Below are positions 53,608 to 63,502 of a stretch of 64,000 bases of DNA, piece after piece. The stretch is from an uncultured Cytophagales bacterium (GTDB lineage Bacteria; Bacteroidota; Bacteroidia; Cytophagales; Cyclobacteriaceae). The position numbers were made by a program, and so were the translations under genes. The notes beneath the pieces are model-generated. The model had not been told where the DNA came from and searched no databases. It saw only the letters and a list, made by a program, of their open reading frames with translations. Positions within the stretch are counted from its first letter, which is position 1, and each line of letters starts with the position of its first letter. The stretch covers positions 195,611-259,610 of the forward strand of contig CAVSOK010000020.1 of NCBI GenBank assembly GCA_963729575.1, written 5' to 3'.

Positions 53608-55062
53608 CTAAGAAGTGGTTTGCTGAGAGCTAGGTACGCCTTCGGCGGTAGTTTCACCGTGAAATTTGTGCGCTACAAAGTCCAAGTAAGCTAAAGTTAC
53701 TTCTAAATCCTCACGTGAAGTATTAGGGTTAATCGTACACATGCGTAATACGGTTCGCCCGCGAATGATCGTAGAAGAGAGAACAATTCCCTGCTCATCC
53801 ATAATATGATCGGCTAGTCGTAGGTTGATAGTATTCTGCAATTCGGTAGATATTGAATCGGGAGCAAATCGGAAAGTAATAATTCCCAATTGCGGGGCAG
53901 TCATTACTTCCCAATGGGGCAATTCTTCTAAGATAGCAGCTACCTGATTGGTTAAAGACATTGTATACTGAATAGCTTGACGAAAAGTATCCAAACCGTA
54001 GTGTTTAATAGACATCCAAAGTGGTAGTGCCCGAAAACGCCTTGATAGCTGTAATCCCTTATCAGCAAAATTTCGGTACCCTTCGGTCTCTTTTAAATAA
54101 GAAGCCGATGTTTGGAAAGCATTCCGTAAGTGTTCGGAATTTCTAACTAAGATACCGCCTATATCATATGGTTGATAAAGCCACTTATGAGGATCAATAG
54201 TAAGTGAGTCGGCTAAATTCATGCCGTGTAGCGCTTGTCTACCTTCTGATGCTAGCCAAGCGGCCCCACCGTAGGCAGCATCTACGTGCATCCAGCATTG
54301 CTCCTGGTCGCAAATGTTTCGTATTTCTAATAGCGGGTCCACTGCTCCCGTATTGGTAGTTCCTGCGTTAGCAATAACGCAAAAGGGAACTTTTCCCACT
54401 TGTTTATCAAATTCAATCTGAGCTTGTAAATGGCTAATACTAAGCTGATGCAATTCATCTGTTGGCAGAATAACTAACTGCTCCTGAGAAAAACCCAAGA
54501 TTTTTAGTGCCTTAAAATTAGATTTGTGGGTTTGATCACTACAGTAAATTACGGCTTTAGAACGATCTTCTTCCAGCAATACTTCTCGGGCAGTAGCTAG
54601 CCCAATAAGATTAGCCGCAGAACCACCCGAAGTAAGAACCCCTCCAGCTGATGGTCCCATATCCATTTCTTGCGTTAACCAATGTATCACTAACCGTTCA
54701 ATTTGGTTAGCCGCGGCACCGGCCCGCTCTATTCCCGAAAATACGTTATAACCACTAGCTAGCGTATCGGCCATCACACTAATGAAATTGCTAGGCCCAG
54801 GTACCCATGCAAAGAATCGAGGGTGATTCAGATACATGTTGTTGGGAAAGATATCTTCCTGAGCTTTAGCGAGTATTTCATCAAAAGCCTTTCCCTTCTT
54901 AGGAATATCTTCATCGAACAGTGAAGTGATCTCACTAACATTTTTGTGTCCTCCGGCTGGCTTTTCACCCAACGTTTGATAGTGGTTAACAAGTGTATCG
55001 ATTACCTGATAACCTATCCGGCGCATTTCTTCTTCAGGTAATTGAAAAAATGATTCTTGCAT
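53608..55062 (-). CDS. Group II PLP-dependent decarboxylase (aromatic amino acid / DABA decarboxylase-like)
   Basis: Motifs HPRFFAWVP, GVLTSGGSAAN, AGTTNTGAVDPL, HVDAAYGG, DPHKW (PLP lysine) and SRRFRAL. Confidence 0.92.
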   Translation of the reverse strand: MQESFFQLPEEEMRRIGYQVIDTLVNHYQTLGEKPAGGHKNVSEITSLFDEDIPKKGKAFDEILAKAQEDIFPNNMYLNHPRFFAWVPGPSNFISVMADTLASGYNVFSGIERAGAAANQIERLVIHWLTQEMDMGPSAGGVLTSGGSAANLIGLATAREVLLEEDRSKAVIYCSDQTHKSNFKALKILGFSQEQLVILPTDELHQLSISHLQAQIEFDKQVGKVPFCVIANAGTTNTGAVDPLLEIRNICDQEQCWMHVDAAYGGAAWLASEGRQALHGMNLADSLTIDPHKWLYQPYDIGGILVRNSEHLRNAFQTSASYLKETEGYRNFADKGLQLSRRFRALPLWMSIKHYGLDTFRQAIQYTMSLTNQVAAILEELPHWEVMTAPQLGIITFRFAPDSISTELQNTINLRLADHIMDEQGIVLSSTIIRGRTVLRMCTINPNTSREDLEVTLAYLDFVAHKFHGETTAEGVPSSQQTTS

Positions 55063-55077
55063 TGTTTTAATCTAACC

Positions 55078-55725
55078 CTATAGAGCTTTGTAGTAAGCTA
55101 CGCAGCTTTTAACTGTATTAATAGTACTAAACACTGCTTGTTCTTCGTATTGGAAATCTTGGTAGATAATTTCATCTACGTAAGTATAGCCTAGCGAATT
55201 TTTAACCATATGTTGAGAAACAGCTCCGGTCGCTTCGCACACAGTAGCCTTATATCCTCTTTCTCTAGCTATATCTTCGGCAAAGCTAATGAGACGCTGG
55301 GCAAATTGCTGCCGAGCGTACTGCGGATAAATTCCGCACATAAACATATGCAAGTGTGAGCCAGGAATTACATTATGCAACTGAGCAAAACGCTCACCTA
55401 AAGTTTCTAATAATCCAGCGATAGGGCCAAACTTTTCAGAAACGTGCTCTAGCCCAGTAGGGGGAGGAGAAGCATAATCTTCGCAGATTAATGCTCCTAC
55501 TACTTCATCTGTATCAGTCACCGCCACTACCGACAACTGGTCGATAGCTGCCTTTTGAATAAATAGTTGAGCGAAGTAACTAAACTCCTCCTCACTGATA
55601 GCCAATGCTTCCGACATAGGTTCACCTTTAGTAAACGTTGTAGAAATGCAATGTGTAGCAGCTACTACGTGCTTGGGCTCTAGTGGCTTAAGAATGATTT
55701 TCCGGGTTTTTTCGGCAATATTCAT
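55078..55725 (-). CDS. GNAT N-acyltransferase resembling insect-type arylalkylamine N-acetyltransferases
   Basis: Motifs FTKGEPM, SVVAV…EVVG, the motif-A-like GIYPQYARQQFAQRL and EATGAVSQH…LGY. The likely start is ATG 55725. Confidence 0.75.
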   Translation of the reverse strand: MNIAEKTRKIILKPLEPKHVVAATHCISTTFTKGEPMSEALAISEEEFSYFAQLFIQKAAIDQLSVVAVTDTDEVVGALICEDYASPPPTGLEHVSEKFGPIAGLLETLGERFAQLHNVIPGSHLHMFMCGIYPQYARQQFAQRLISFAEDIARERGYKATVCEATGAVSQHMVKNSLGYTYVDEIIYQDFQYEEQAVFSTINTVKSCVAYYKAL

Positions 55726-55738
55726 GCTTGTACCTATG

Positions 55739-56152
55739 TTATTTTCCAAACCAAGCGTAAGCCGAGGCTGAACTTGTGAACTTTTCTACTTGCAAAAGCG
55801 ATACAAATTTCTTTCCTAGTGCCACCGAATTACTAAACTCTCCGAAAGCACTCTCCGGTACAATTACTGCTATCTTCTCTACACCACCTTCTTTTAGCAT
55901 TTCGCTCCAGTGCTCATCTACCCATTTAGCGATTTTAACGGTTCCTCCTTTAAATTGAGAAATATCTGCAACAATCTCAGTGATCTGATGCTTCTTTGCT
56001 AAGTTTAGAATATCAGAAAAACCTTTCTTTGCCTCTTCGTCTAGAATGTGACCTTTCCACTGATACATCAACACATTTTTATCCGAGTCAATCTCAGCGT
56101 ACAATTTCGGTTCATTAATTGCCGCTACTACTTCTTTGTTCATTGTGCTCAT
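55739..56152 (-). CDS. STAS/SEC14 (SpoIIAA-like) domain protein
   Basis: Motifs QWKG, IVAD, KW…W, KIAVIVP and a terminal F…AYAW pattern. Confidence 0.75.
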   Translation of the reverse strand: MSTMNKEVVAAINEPKLYAEIDSDKNVLMYQWKGHILDEEAKKGFSDILNLAKKHQITEIVADISQFKGGTVKIAKWVDEHWSEMLKEGGVEKIAVIVPESAFGEFSNSVALGKKFVSLLQVEKFTSSASAYAWFGK

Positions 56153-56195
56153 CCTACGTAAATTTTAAAGTGATAAAAATCAAATGACTATGGTG

Positions 56196-56286
56196 CAAAA
56201 ATAGAGTAGCATTCTGTAAGAACCTTCATTAAAATGAGAGTAATAGTACAATACAAAGGAGCACTACGTTTTGTAGAAAAGCACTA
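56196..56286 (-). promoter_or_regulatory. Promoter of the STAS-GNAT-decarboxylase operon with an upstream direct repeat
   Basis: The -7 element TATTTTTG lies on the minus strand at 56196-56203 with no clear -33 TTTG. AGCACTA is repeated at 56260 and 56280. Confidence 0.5.
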
Positions 56287-56312
56287 TACGGGAAGGGCGA
56301 TTAGTAGCCAGA

Positions 56313-56353
56313 AATGGGTATGAATGGTAGCTTAGTAGCGGTTCATACTCATT
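56313..56353. terminator. Hairpin downstream of the kinase-like gene
   Basis: Inverted repeat AATGGGTATGAA / TTCATACTCATT. Confidence 0.45.
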
Positions 56354-56418
56354 GTACTGTATTGTAGGTTAAGAATAAATCTTCTGAAAATAGTACTAAA
56401 GAAAAGGTTATATTACTG

Positions 56419-57447
56419 CTAAATACTCATCCGAAGTACTACTTCCAGGCTTGTCTTTACTATCTCGCCCATTGATTGGCAGCGAGAAAAGTTGGTTGAT
56501 TGATAAAAGTCAGTTAAATCTTGCTTTAGTTGAGCTACATTCTCTGGTGAAGATAATGTATCGTGGGCCATAGTATGCATTAGATGCTGAATTTGATAGC
56601 GAGATGAACGAACCCGCGTGGCCATAAGTGCATGCTCTTCGGTCTGGTACTGCCGTACTGACTCAGAAGTCATTAACTTTAACCCTACCTGAATAATGGG
56701 GTTATTCTGCTTGAAGTACCGAGGCATGTAAATGGTTCTGTGCCCCTCGTAAGACTGCTGGTCAAAATCAATAGCACGAATCCGGTAATGAAGCTCGTCG
56801 AAATCGGGTGTAACATCTATTACAAAATTAGTGGCATGCATATCGCCTAATAAGCGAACAAAGCAGCGTTCGTTAAACTTAACAAACTCTTTGGCTAGTC
56901 GGGTAAGGTTTTGAACACCATCATGTAATTGATCCTGGAAAAAGCGATCGCCCGGAATACCAGCAACATGTTCCTCAATTAATGTTTGATTAGCTACTAA
57001 ATAGCTTATTCGATTAGGAGAAAGAATGTGCTCCAATTCTAAACCGTAAATGCGAGAAGCATCGGCATGTTTAATATAAAAGTAATCGAAGTTATCATTA
57101 ATACGGTTAACAATTCTCACCCGGAAGGGGCGAGTATTACCATAAATGCATAAATCAACCCGGTCTACGTATAGGTGCTCCATTACTGATACATCTCCGT
57201 CAGCCTTCAGAATAGAATAAATCATCTTAAGAGCATAATAGATTCGATCCATATCATGCTGTGGATACAATACGGTTACCCATAGTGTGTCTTGATTAAA
57301 TTTATCGTAGAGTGGAATTGTGTTATTGTACCGTCCTAGATCTCGGTACGTAATGGGCACTGTAGTTAAACGAGCATGTTCTTGCAAATAACTATGCAGA
57401 ACCTCACTAATAGGATAGGTTTTCTTCTTACGAGAGATTCTCGGCAT
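56419..57447 (-). CDS. Hypothetical protein with atypical-kinase-like motifs
   Basis: FYIK, LLGDMHATNF and AIDFD occur in the order of the kinase lysine, catalytic loop and Mg-binding loop. Confidence 0.65.
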   Translation of the reverse strand: MPRISRKKKTYPISEVLHSYLQEHARLTTVPITYRDLGRYNNTIPLYDKFNQDTLWVTVLYPQHDMDRIYYALKMIYSILKADGDVSVMEHLYVDRVDLCIYGNTRPFRVRIVNRINDNFDYFYIKHADASRIYGLELEHILSPNRISYLVANQTLIEEHVAGIPGDRFFQDQLHDGVQNLTRLAKEFVKFNERCFVRLLGDMHATNFVIDVTPDFDELHYRIRAIDFDQQSYEGHRTIYMPRYFKQNNPIIQVGLKLMTSESVRQYQTEEHALMATRVRSSRYQIQHLMHTMAHDTLSSPENVAQLKQDLTDFYQSTNFSRCQSMGEIVKTSLEVVLRMSI

Positions 57448-57820
57448 AGGCTATTGGATTAAAAAGGAAGGCTGTAACGATAAATTCCGAAAACAAGCGA
57501 TTGAAATTGATAAAATACAGCACTCTAATCTTACAAATTGAAGAATTACAATATTCGCAATTATTTAGTCTTTTTTTAAAAAATTGTTGAACGGGAGTAT
57601 GCTCTGTGGCTCACCTTTTTACGCAGTCAATAATCCGTTGTATAATCCTTTACGAAACACCTTATTTTTTGCGTTTCATTCATTAAAAAGGTAGTTTTTT
57701 TAAAAATTACTCAACAATCTATTCAATAACTGCGTATATTTGCAGTGAACAATTGATCAAGCGTTCAAAATTGTAAGTTAATTAAACACTGTAAGTTAGA
57801 CCACGAAAAGCAAAACAAGA

Positions 57821-58417
57821 ATGAAAATGATTAAAGAAACATTAATGATTGCGGCCACATTTCTACTGATAGTAGGTAATGTGTTAGCTGCTGGTGATAC
57901 CGATACTAAAATTAGTGTCACATCACTAGAAAACGAAAGTAAGAAGGCCCTAATTCGGGTAGCTAGTGTTGGCTCGTCTGAACAAGCTACACTACGCATT
58001 AAGGATCAGAATGGCCACACGCTGTACCGCGAAACGCTTACTGGCGAGGAAGCCTACATGAAGAAGTACGATTTCTCTCGTCTGCCTAATGGTGAGTACG
58101 TTGTAGAAGTTCGTACGGCCAATGGCACTACCCAAGAAGCTTTTTCGCTTACTGAAGGCACAACGCAGGCTGTATACTTCAAGCCAGCTATTAAAGTAGA
58201 ACCTCAGAAAGTAAGTGTAGTTTTTAAGAACCAGATTAATTCACCGGTTTCTCTAAAGCTTTACGATCAAGATGGCCGAGTACTTTTTGAGGAGCGAGTA
58301 GCCTCTCAGGAGAAGTTTGCTAAAGGGCTTAACCTATCCAAACTAAGCCGAGGACAATACTCTCTAGCCATTCTGGGTGACAACTATGTATACACTAAAA
58401 GTATTGATCTGAAATAA
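57821..58417 (+). CDS. Secreted protein with two tandem small Ig-like (DUF3244 / T9SS-CTD-like) domains
   Basis: Signal peptide and an internal duplication (IKDQNGHTLY…YDFSRLPNGEY / LYDQDGRVLF…LNLSKLSRGQY). A -7 element TATATTTG lies at 57735-57742. Confidence 0.75.
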   Translation: MKMIKETLMIAATFLLIVGNVLAAGDTDTKISVTSLENESKKALIRVASVGSSEQATLRIKDQNGHTLYRETLTGEEAYMKKYDFSRLPNGEYVVEVRTANGTTQEAFSLTEGTTQAVYFKPAIKVEPQKVSVVFKNQINSPVSLKLYDQDGRVLFEERVASQEKFAKGLNLSKLSRGQYSLAILGDNYVYTKSIDLK

Positions 58418-58493
58418 GGCGGTTTGCCGAGGCAATCTTGCCGGGCAACAGTTGCTCAACGATTATAGATTTTTTGTTAGGTTGTTGTATTGG

Positions 58494-58524
58494 TGCAGGC
58501 TCCTTCGGGAGCTTGCATTTTTTT
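58494..58524 (+). terminator. Rho-independent terminator
   Basis: TGCAGGCTCC-TTCG-GGAGCTTGCA followed by T7. Confidence 0.92.
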
Positions 58525-58664
58525 ATTCAGTACCTACACTAGTAATTACCTCATAGGGGATACTACTTCTCTCCAAAATTCTTATTTTTGCCAACCCATT
58601 TTAGGGCTTCAGAAGGTACGCATCCTAATAAGCGCCGCCTTCTTTTTTATTTAATAGTGTTGGT

Positions 58665-61076
58665 ATGAAAATATCCATTAACTGGCTTCAGGAATTTATT
58701 AATCTCACAGTGCCACCCGAAGAAATTGCTGATAAACTCACTCTATCGGGTCTAGAGGTAGAAGGCTTAGAGAAATTCGATCAGATCACAGGCGGTTTAG
58801 AAGGCTTAGTTATTGGTGAGGTGCTTTCGGTTCAGAAGCATCCTAACGCCGACCGGCTTAGCATAACCCAAGTAACTGTTGGCGAAGCCGAGCCACTGCC
58901 CATTGTCTGTGGGGCTTCTAACGTAGCCGAAGGGCAAAAGGTGATTGTAGCAAAAGTAGGAGCTACGCTTTATCCCACCGCCGGTGAGCCGTTTGCCATC
59001 AAAAAATCAAAAATCCGGGGTGAAGTGTCGCAGGGAATGATCTGCGCCGAAGATGAAATCGGGCTAGGCACTCAGCACGATGGCATTATGGTACTTGATA
59101 CTCAACTACCCAATGGCACCTCTGCTGCCGATTACTTCGGATTGGTATCGGATCAGGTGTTGGAAATTGGCCTCACTCCCAACCGGGCCGATGCGGCTTC
59201 CCACTTAGGTGTAGCTCGCGACCTAAAGGCATTGTATCACCAACCTTTAACAGTACCTAATGTAGAAAACTTCTCGGTAGATAATCGGAATCTACCCATA
59301 GAAGTAATCGTAGAAAACACGGAAGCCTGCCCGCGCTACTCGGGTTTAACCATAAGTGGAGTAACTGTACAAGATTCGCCCGACTGGTTAAAGGCTCGCC
59401 TCCGGTCTATTAACCTGTCACCAATTAACAATGTGGTTGATGCGACCAATTACGTATTGCACGGACTGGGTCAACCTATGCACGCCTTCAATGCAGATGC
59501 AATTGCCGGAGGAAAGGTACTTGTAAAAACGCTACCGGCGGGTAGTACCTTCACCACGCTAGATGAAAAAGAGCGAAAGCTACTAGCACAGGACCTGATG
59601 ATTTGCAATGCCGAAGAAGGTATGTGTATTGCCGGAGTGTTTGGCGGAATTAAATCCGGAGTGAAGGAAAGCACCCGAAATATATTTCTGGAAAGTGCCT
59701 ACTTCTCGCCGGAGTACATTCGGCGCACCGCTCAGCACCACGGTCTAAAAACCGATGCCTCATTTCGCTACGAGCGAGGTACAGACCCCAACATTACAGT
59801 TTACGCCCTAAAAGTGGCGGCTTTGCTAATAAAGAAGATTGCCGGAGGGCAAATATCTTCGGATATAGTGGATGTGTATCCTAATGCTATTGAACCGTTT
59901 CGGGTAGCGGTACAGTATAAGAACGTAGATCGCCTCATTGGAAAAAAAATTGACCGCGAGGAAATTACCGCGATACTACAGCAACTTGAAATAGAAGTAA
60001 TAAAAAAAAATGAAACCAGTATTACCGTATTGGTGCCGCCCTACCGGGTAGATGTACAGCGAGAAGCCGATATCATTGAAGAACTTTTGCGAATACACGG
60101 TTACGATCAGGTAGAAGTAGCTGCGCACTTGAGTACCGATTATATCGCTCATTTTCCCGAAATTGATGACCGTAAGCTACAGTTGCGGCTCAGTGAAATG
60201 TTGATCGGAAATGGATTTTATGAAATAGTCACTAATTCACTTACTAAACCCACGTATGTTCAAGAAGCAACCGCCGTTTCGCTGTACAATCCGCTGAGCG
60301 AAGACCTCAATGTTATGCGTCAGCACTTGCTATTCTCTGGGCTGGAAGTGATCGCACATAATATTAATCGTCAGCAAAAAAATCTTAAATTTTTTGAGTT
60401 CGGAACAACCTATCGCCACCAGAATGGTAAGTATTTGGAAGCAAAGGAGTTAGTTATTTTTATGACCGGATCGGTACAAGCCGAAAGTTGGATGGCACCC
60501 ACCGAGCCAGTATCTTTTCATCATTTGTCCTCGCATATTCAAATAATTTTTAATAGGTTTGGTATCACTGGTATGGTTCAGGAACCCTTGAACGACCCAT
60601 TTTTTAGCTACGGGTTACAGCTTGTTTATCAAGACAAAGTAGTAGCCAAACTCGGTAAGGTTGACTCCAAAACAGCTGATTCAGCCGAGGTAAAACAGCC
60701 CGTTTTTTGCGCTGTAGTGCAGTGGTTGGTGCTTGTAGAGAAGTTGAGAGGTATCTCAACTAAAGAGCGAACAATTTTTCAGGAGATTTCTAAATTTCCT
60801 GAAGTTAGAAGGGATTTGTCTTTAGTATTAGACCAGGAAGTAGCATTTAGTGAAGTAGAGAAGGTTGCGAAGGCTAAAAGTAATAACTTAGTCAAGCGTA
60901 TCAATGTGTTTGATGTATACGAAGGCGAACCACTGGGGAAAGGAAAAAAGGCCTACGCCCTTAGCTTTGTCTTACAAGATCAACACAAAACATTAACCGA
61001 TAAAATTATTGATAAAACAATGAAAAGGCTTATGAATCAATTTGAACAGGAACTTCGCGCAGAAATTCGCAAATAG
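58665..61076 (+). CDS. pheT: Phenylalanine-tRNA ligase beta subunit
   Basis: Motifs HPNADRL, IVCGA, LTPNRAD, NNVVDATNY, RYERG, VPPYRVD and FPEVRRDLS. A -7 element TATTTTTG lies at 58583-58590. Confidence 0.98.
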   Translation: MKISINWLQEFINLTVPPEEIADKLTLSGLEVEGLEKFDQITGGLEGLVIGEVLSVQKHPNADRLSITQVTVGEAEPLPIVCGASNVAEGQKVIVAKVGATLYPTAGEPFAIKKSKIRGEVSQGMICAEDEIGLGTQHDGIMVLDTQLPNGTSAADYFGLVSDQVLEIGLTPNRADAASHLGVARDLKALYHQPLTVPNVENFSVDNRNLPIEVIVENTEACPRYSGLTISGVTVQDSPDWLKARLRSINLSPINNVVDATNYVLHGLGQPMHAFNADAIAGGKVLVKTLPAGSTFTTLDEKERKLLAQDLMICNAEEGMCIAGVFGGIKSGVKESTRNIFLESAYFSPEYIRRTAQHHGLKTDASFRYERGTDPNITVYALKVAALLIKKIAGGQISSDIVDVYPNAIEPFRVAVQYKNVDRLIGKKIDREEITAILQQLEIEVIKKNETSITVLVPPYRVDVQREADIIEELLRIHGYDQVEVAAHLSTDYIAHFPEIDDRKLQLRLSEMLIGNGFYEIVTNSLTKPTYVQEATAVSLYNPLSEDLNVMRQHLLFSGLEVIAHNINRQQKNLKFFEFGTTYRHQNGKYLEAKELVIFMTGSVQAESWMAPTEPVSFHHLSSHIQIIFNRFGITGMVQEPLNDPFFSYGLQLVYQDKVVAKLGKVDSKTADSAEVKQPVFCAVVQWLVLVEKLRGISTKERTIFQEISKFPEVRRDLSLVLDQEVAFSEVEKVAKAKSNNLVKRINVFDVYEGEPLGKGKKAYALSFVLQDQHKTLTDKIIDKTMKRLMNQFEQELRAEIRK

Positions 61077-61169
61077 TCCATTAGTCACGCTATTAGCTAG
61101 GCGGACTAGCAAGCGGGCACTCCACTACTTTCTTAACCAAAACCAAACTCTGCTAATACGTCCGTCTGC

Positions 61170-61469
61170 ATGCCCCATTCAACTACACTCTCGTCTGAAA
61201 TTGTAACTTTAGAAAGAAAAATCGATCTATTCCTTGACCAGCATACATCGTTGCAGGAACAGCTTCAGCAAGCAAAACAAGAAAACGAAGAGCTAAAGCT
61301 AGCGCTGAATTCTAAAGAAGAAGAATTGGAGCGTTTTAAAAAATCAATTAAAATCAGTAAACTTGCTCAGTTGACAGTAGCTGATCACAGCGAAACTACT
61401 GAAGTAAAGCGTACTATTAACGAGTACATCAAGAAAATTGATAAATGCATTGCTCATTTGAGCCAGTAA
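61170..61469 (+). CDS. Coiled-coil protein upstream of zapA (ZapB-like)
   Basis: Coiled coil ending INEYIKKIDKCIAHL, located between pheT and zapA. Confidence 0.75.
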   Translation: MPHSTTLSSEIVTLERKIDLFLDQHTSLQEQLQQAKQENEELKLALNSKEEELERFKKSIKISKLAQLTVADHSETTEVKRTINEYIKKIDKCIAHLSQ

Positions 61470-61480
61470 AGCACGTTTTC

Positions 61481-61768
61481 ATGGAGGCACTATCCATAAA
61501 AATAAAAATTGGGGACCGAGAGTATCCTATGCGGGTAGATCCCGAAGACGAAGAACGTATTCGCCAAGCGGGTCGAATGCTGAACGAAGAAATTCAGCGT
61601 TACCGGCAGAGCTACAATACTACCGACAAGCAAGATCTGCTGGCAGTAGTGGCGTTCGATGCGTTTTTAGAAAAATTAGAATACCAAACCCAGCAAGCCG
61701 ACACAGAAAAGGTAATTGTTGATAAGATTGGTCGTTTAAACCAACTTATTAGCCAAGCTATGTCATAG
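61481..61768 (+). CDS. zapA: Cell division protein ZapA
   Basis: SIKIKIGDREYPM…EERIRQAG…DKQDLLA. The likely start is ATG 61481. Confidence 0.92.
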   Translation: MEALSIKIKIGDREYPMRVDPEDEERIRQAGRMLNEEIQRYRQSYNTTDKQDLLAVVAFDAFLEKLEYQTQQADTEKVIVDKIGRLNQLISQAMS

Positions 61769-61884
61769 TGCTAAATTCGGGACAGCCTTAGAAACTGTCT
61801 AATGTATATACCCTTCGTTAATATTCGCTCATCGGCAGCGTAGTTAGGCTACTGTCTGTAGTATCCACATCTAACTATATCATC

Positions 61885-63498
61885 ATGGGTGAATTAAACA
61901 TAATACCTTTACTGATTACCATAATTGCCTCTCTTGGGGCCGGTATTTTTATCGGTTCGCTGCTTTCCAAGCGGAAATCTGATACTCAAGAGAATCAGTT
62001 AAAAGACCGGGAAGCGGCTCTTCAACAGCAAGAGACTACCACACAGGCCAAAGCCGACATTATTATTAAAGATGCTAAAAGCAAGGCTGAGGCTATTAAA
62101 AAAGACAAAATCCACGAAGCTAAAGAGAAGTTTCTGAAGCTAAAATCAGAATTTGAGGAAGAATCTAATCGGAAGAAAAACATCCTGATTACCAATGAAA
62201 ACAAGCTCAAACAGCGTGACGCTCGGTTGAACGAACAGGCAGAAAACCTTCGTAAGCAAGAGCATCAATTGAAGGAAAAAGAAGAAAGTCTGGAAACTCA
62301 ACGAGAGGTTACTCGAAAAAAACAGAGCGAATTAGAAAAAGTGCATCAGCAAAAAGTAGCTATTCTGGAGAAAGTATCTGGGCTATCAGCCGATGATGCT
62401 AAACAGCAACTTATAAAGAGCCTAGAAGACGAAGCTAATACCCAAGCTACCGCCCTTATCAAAAATATTATAGAAGAAGCCAAACTTACTGCCACCAAAG
62501 AAGCCAAAAAAGTGGTGTTAGGCACCATCCAGCGTACCGCTACCGAACACGCTATCGAGAACTGCGTCTCGGTTTTCAACATTGAAAGCGACGATGTAAA
62601 AGGAAAAGTAATTGGCCGGGAGGGGCGAAACATTCGGGCACTGGAAGCATCTACCGGGGTAGAAATTATTGTGGATGATACTCCCGAAGCCATCATTATT
62701 TCCGGTTTTGATCCGGTACGCCGCGAGATTGCTCGCCTTTCGCTGCACCGATTGGTCATCGATGGTCGGATTCATCCCGCGCGTATTGAAGAAGTGGTGG
62801 CTAAAACCACTAAAAATATTGAAGAAGAAATTGTGGAAACCGGCGAACGTACGGTGATTGACTTAGGAATTCACGGCCTACACCCGGAACTAATTAAAAT
62901 GATTGGGCGAATGCGCTTCCGCTCGTCTTACGGACAAAACTTGTTACAGCACTCCCGCGAGGTAGCCAACCTCTGCGCTACCATGGCTTCTGAATTGGGC
63001 ATTAGCCCAAAATTAGCAAAACGTGCCGGTCTGTTACACGATATTGGAAAAGTGTGGCCCGAAGAGCCCGAGTTGCCTCACGCTCTACTTGGTATGAAGC
63101 TCACCGAAAAGTACGGCGAACACCCCGATGTGTGTAATGCCGTGGGGGCCCACCACGATGAAATAGAAATGACAGCGATTATTTCACCAATTATTCAGTC
63201 TTGCGATGCCATTTCAGGTTCTCGTCCGGGAGCTCGCCGCGAAATTATTGATTCGTACATTCAACGGTTGAAGGATCTGGAATCGTTAGGCTTAGAGTTT
63301 AATGGAGTAAATAAGTGCTACGCAATTCAGGCCGGGCGAGAGTTGCGCGTAATTGTAGACTCCGATTCAGTTACTGATGACCAAGCGGGCAATCTTTCTT
63401 TTGAAATCTCTCGCAAGATTGAGAAGGACATGCAGTATCCTGGGCAGGTGAAAGTAACGGTAATTCGTGAGATGCGCTCAGTGAGTTTCGCTAAGTAA
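61885..63498 (+). CDS. rny: Ribonuclease Y
   Basis: N-terminal TM segment, coiled coil, KH domain ([13 protein letters not shown]) and HD domain (GLLHDIGK), plus [10 protein letters not shown]. Confidence 0.97.
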   Translation: MGELNIIPLLITIIASLGAGIFIGSLLSKRKSDTQENQLKDREAALQQQETTTQAKADIIIKDAKSKAEAIKKDKIHEAKEKFLKLKSEFEEESNRKKNILITNENKLKQRDARLNEQAENLRKQEHQLKEKEESLETQREVTRKKQSELEKVHQQKVAILEKVSGLSADDAKQQLIKSLEDEANTQATALIKNIIEEAKLTATKEAKKVVLGTIQRTATEHAIENCVSVFNIESDDVKGKVIGREGRNIRALEASTGVEIIVDDTPEAIIISGFDPVRREIARLSLHRLVIDGRIHPARIEEVVAKTTKNIEEEIVETGERTVIDLGIHGLHPELIKMIGRMRFRSSYGQNLLQHSREVANLCATMASELGISPKLAKRAGLLHDIGKVWPEEPELPHALLGMKLTEKYGEHPDVCNAVGAHHDEIEMTAIISPIIQSCDAISGSRPGARREIIDSYIQRLKDLESLGLEFNGVNKCYAIQAGRELRVIVDSDSVTDDQAGNLSFEISRKIEKDMQYPGQVKVTVIREMRSVSFAK

Positions 63499-63502
63499 CT
63501 CG

